The notes below the pieces were generated by a model. It did not search any database, was not told the origin of the DNA, and saw nothing but the letters and a program-made list of their open reading frames with translations. The position numbers and the translations under genes were made by a program. This document shows positions 63,860-64,000 of a stretch of DNA of 64,000 nt, one piece after another. Source of the stretch: the human T2T-CHM13v2.0 reference genome, Homo sapiens; assembly GCF_009914755.1 (NCBI RefSeq), contig NC_060940.1. One strand, written 5' to 3'. Positions within the stretch are counted from its first letter, which is position 1; each line of letters opens with the position of its first letter.

Positions 63860-64000
<141 letters not shown>

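Overview
Primate, almost certainly human, genomic DNA. The + strand carries the 3' part of the P-cadherin gene CDH3: the end of intron 2, coding exons 3-16 (10664-32616) and the 3' UTR to about 33255. All 14 exons splice in frame into a classical type I cadherin with an RHKR|DWV pro-peptide site, HAV motif, EC repeats, TM helix and catenin-binding tail. About 31 kb of Alu-dense intergenic DNA follows (from memory CDH1 lies further downstream; none of it is in the window). Nested elements include a frameshifted HSPE1 (Hsp10) processed pseudogene inside an Alu in intron 11, a solo class II ERV LTR (LTR3-like) inside an Alu in intron 15, MaLR/ERVL LTRs, MER5/MER20 transposons, L1/L2/MIR fragments and several young AluY subfamilies. 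The most unusual structure is at the exon 12/intron 12 boundary. A non-Alu 156-bp inverted repeat (150/156 identical, 126-nt loop) is followed directly by a tail-to-tail Alu pair. Both lie downstream of an exon with weak splice sites and a cryptic donor just after an in-frame stop. Intron 5 is a GC-AG intron. I found no evidence of a new protein-coding system; nearly all other listed ORFs are repeat-derived or antisense shadows. Repeat family names and exon numbering come from recalled consensus sequences, not a database run.
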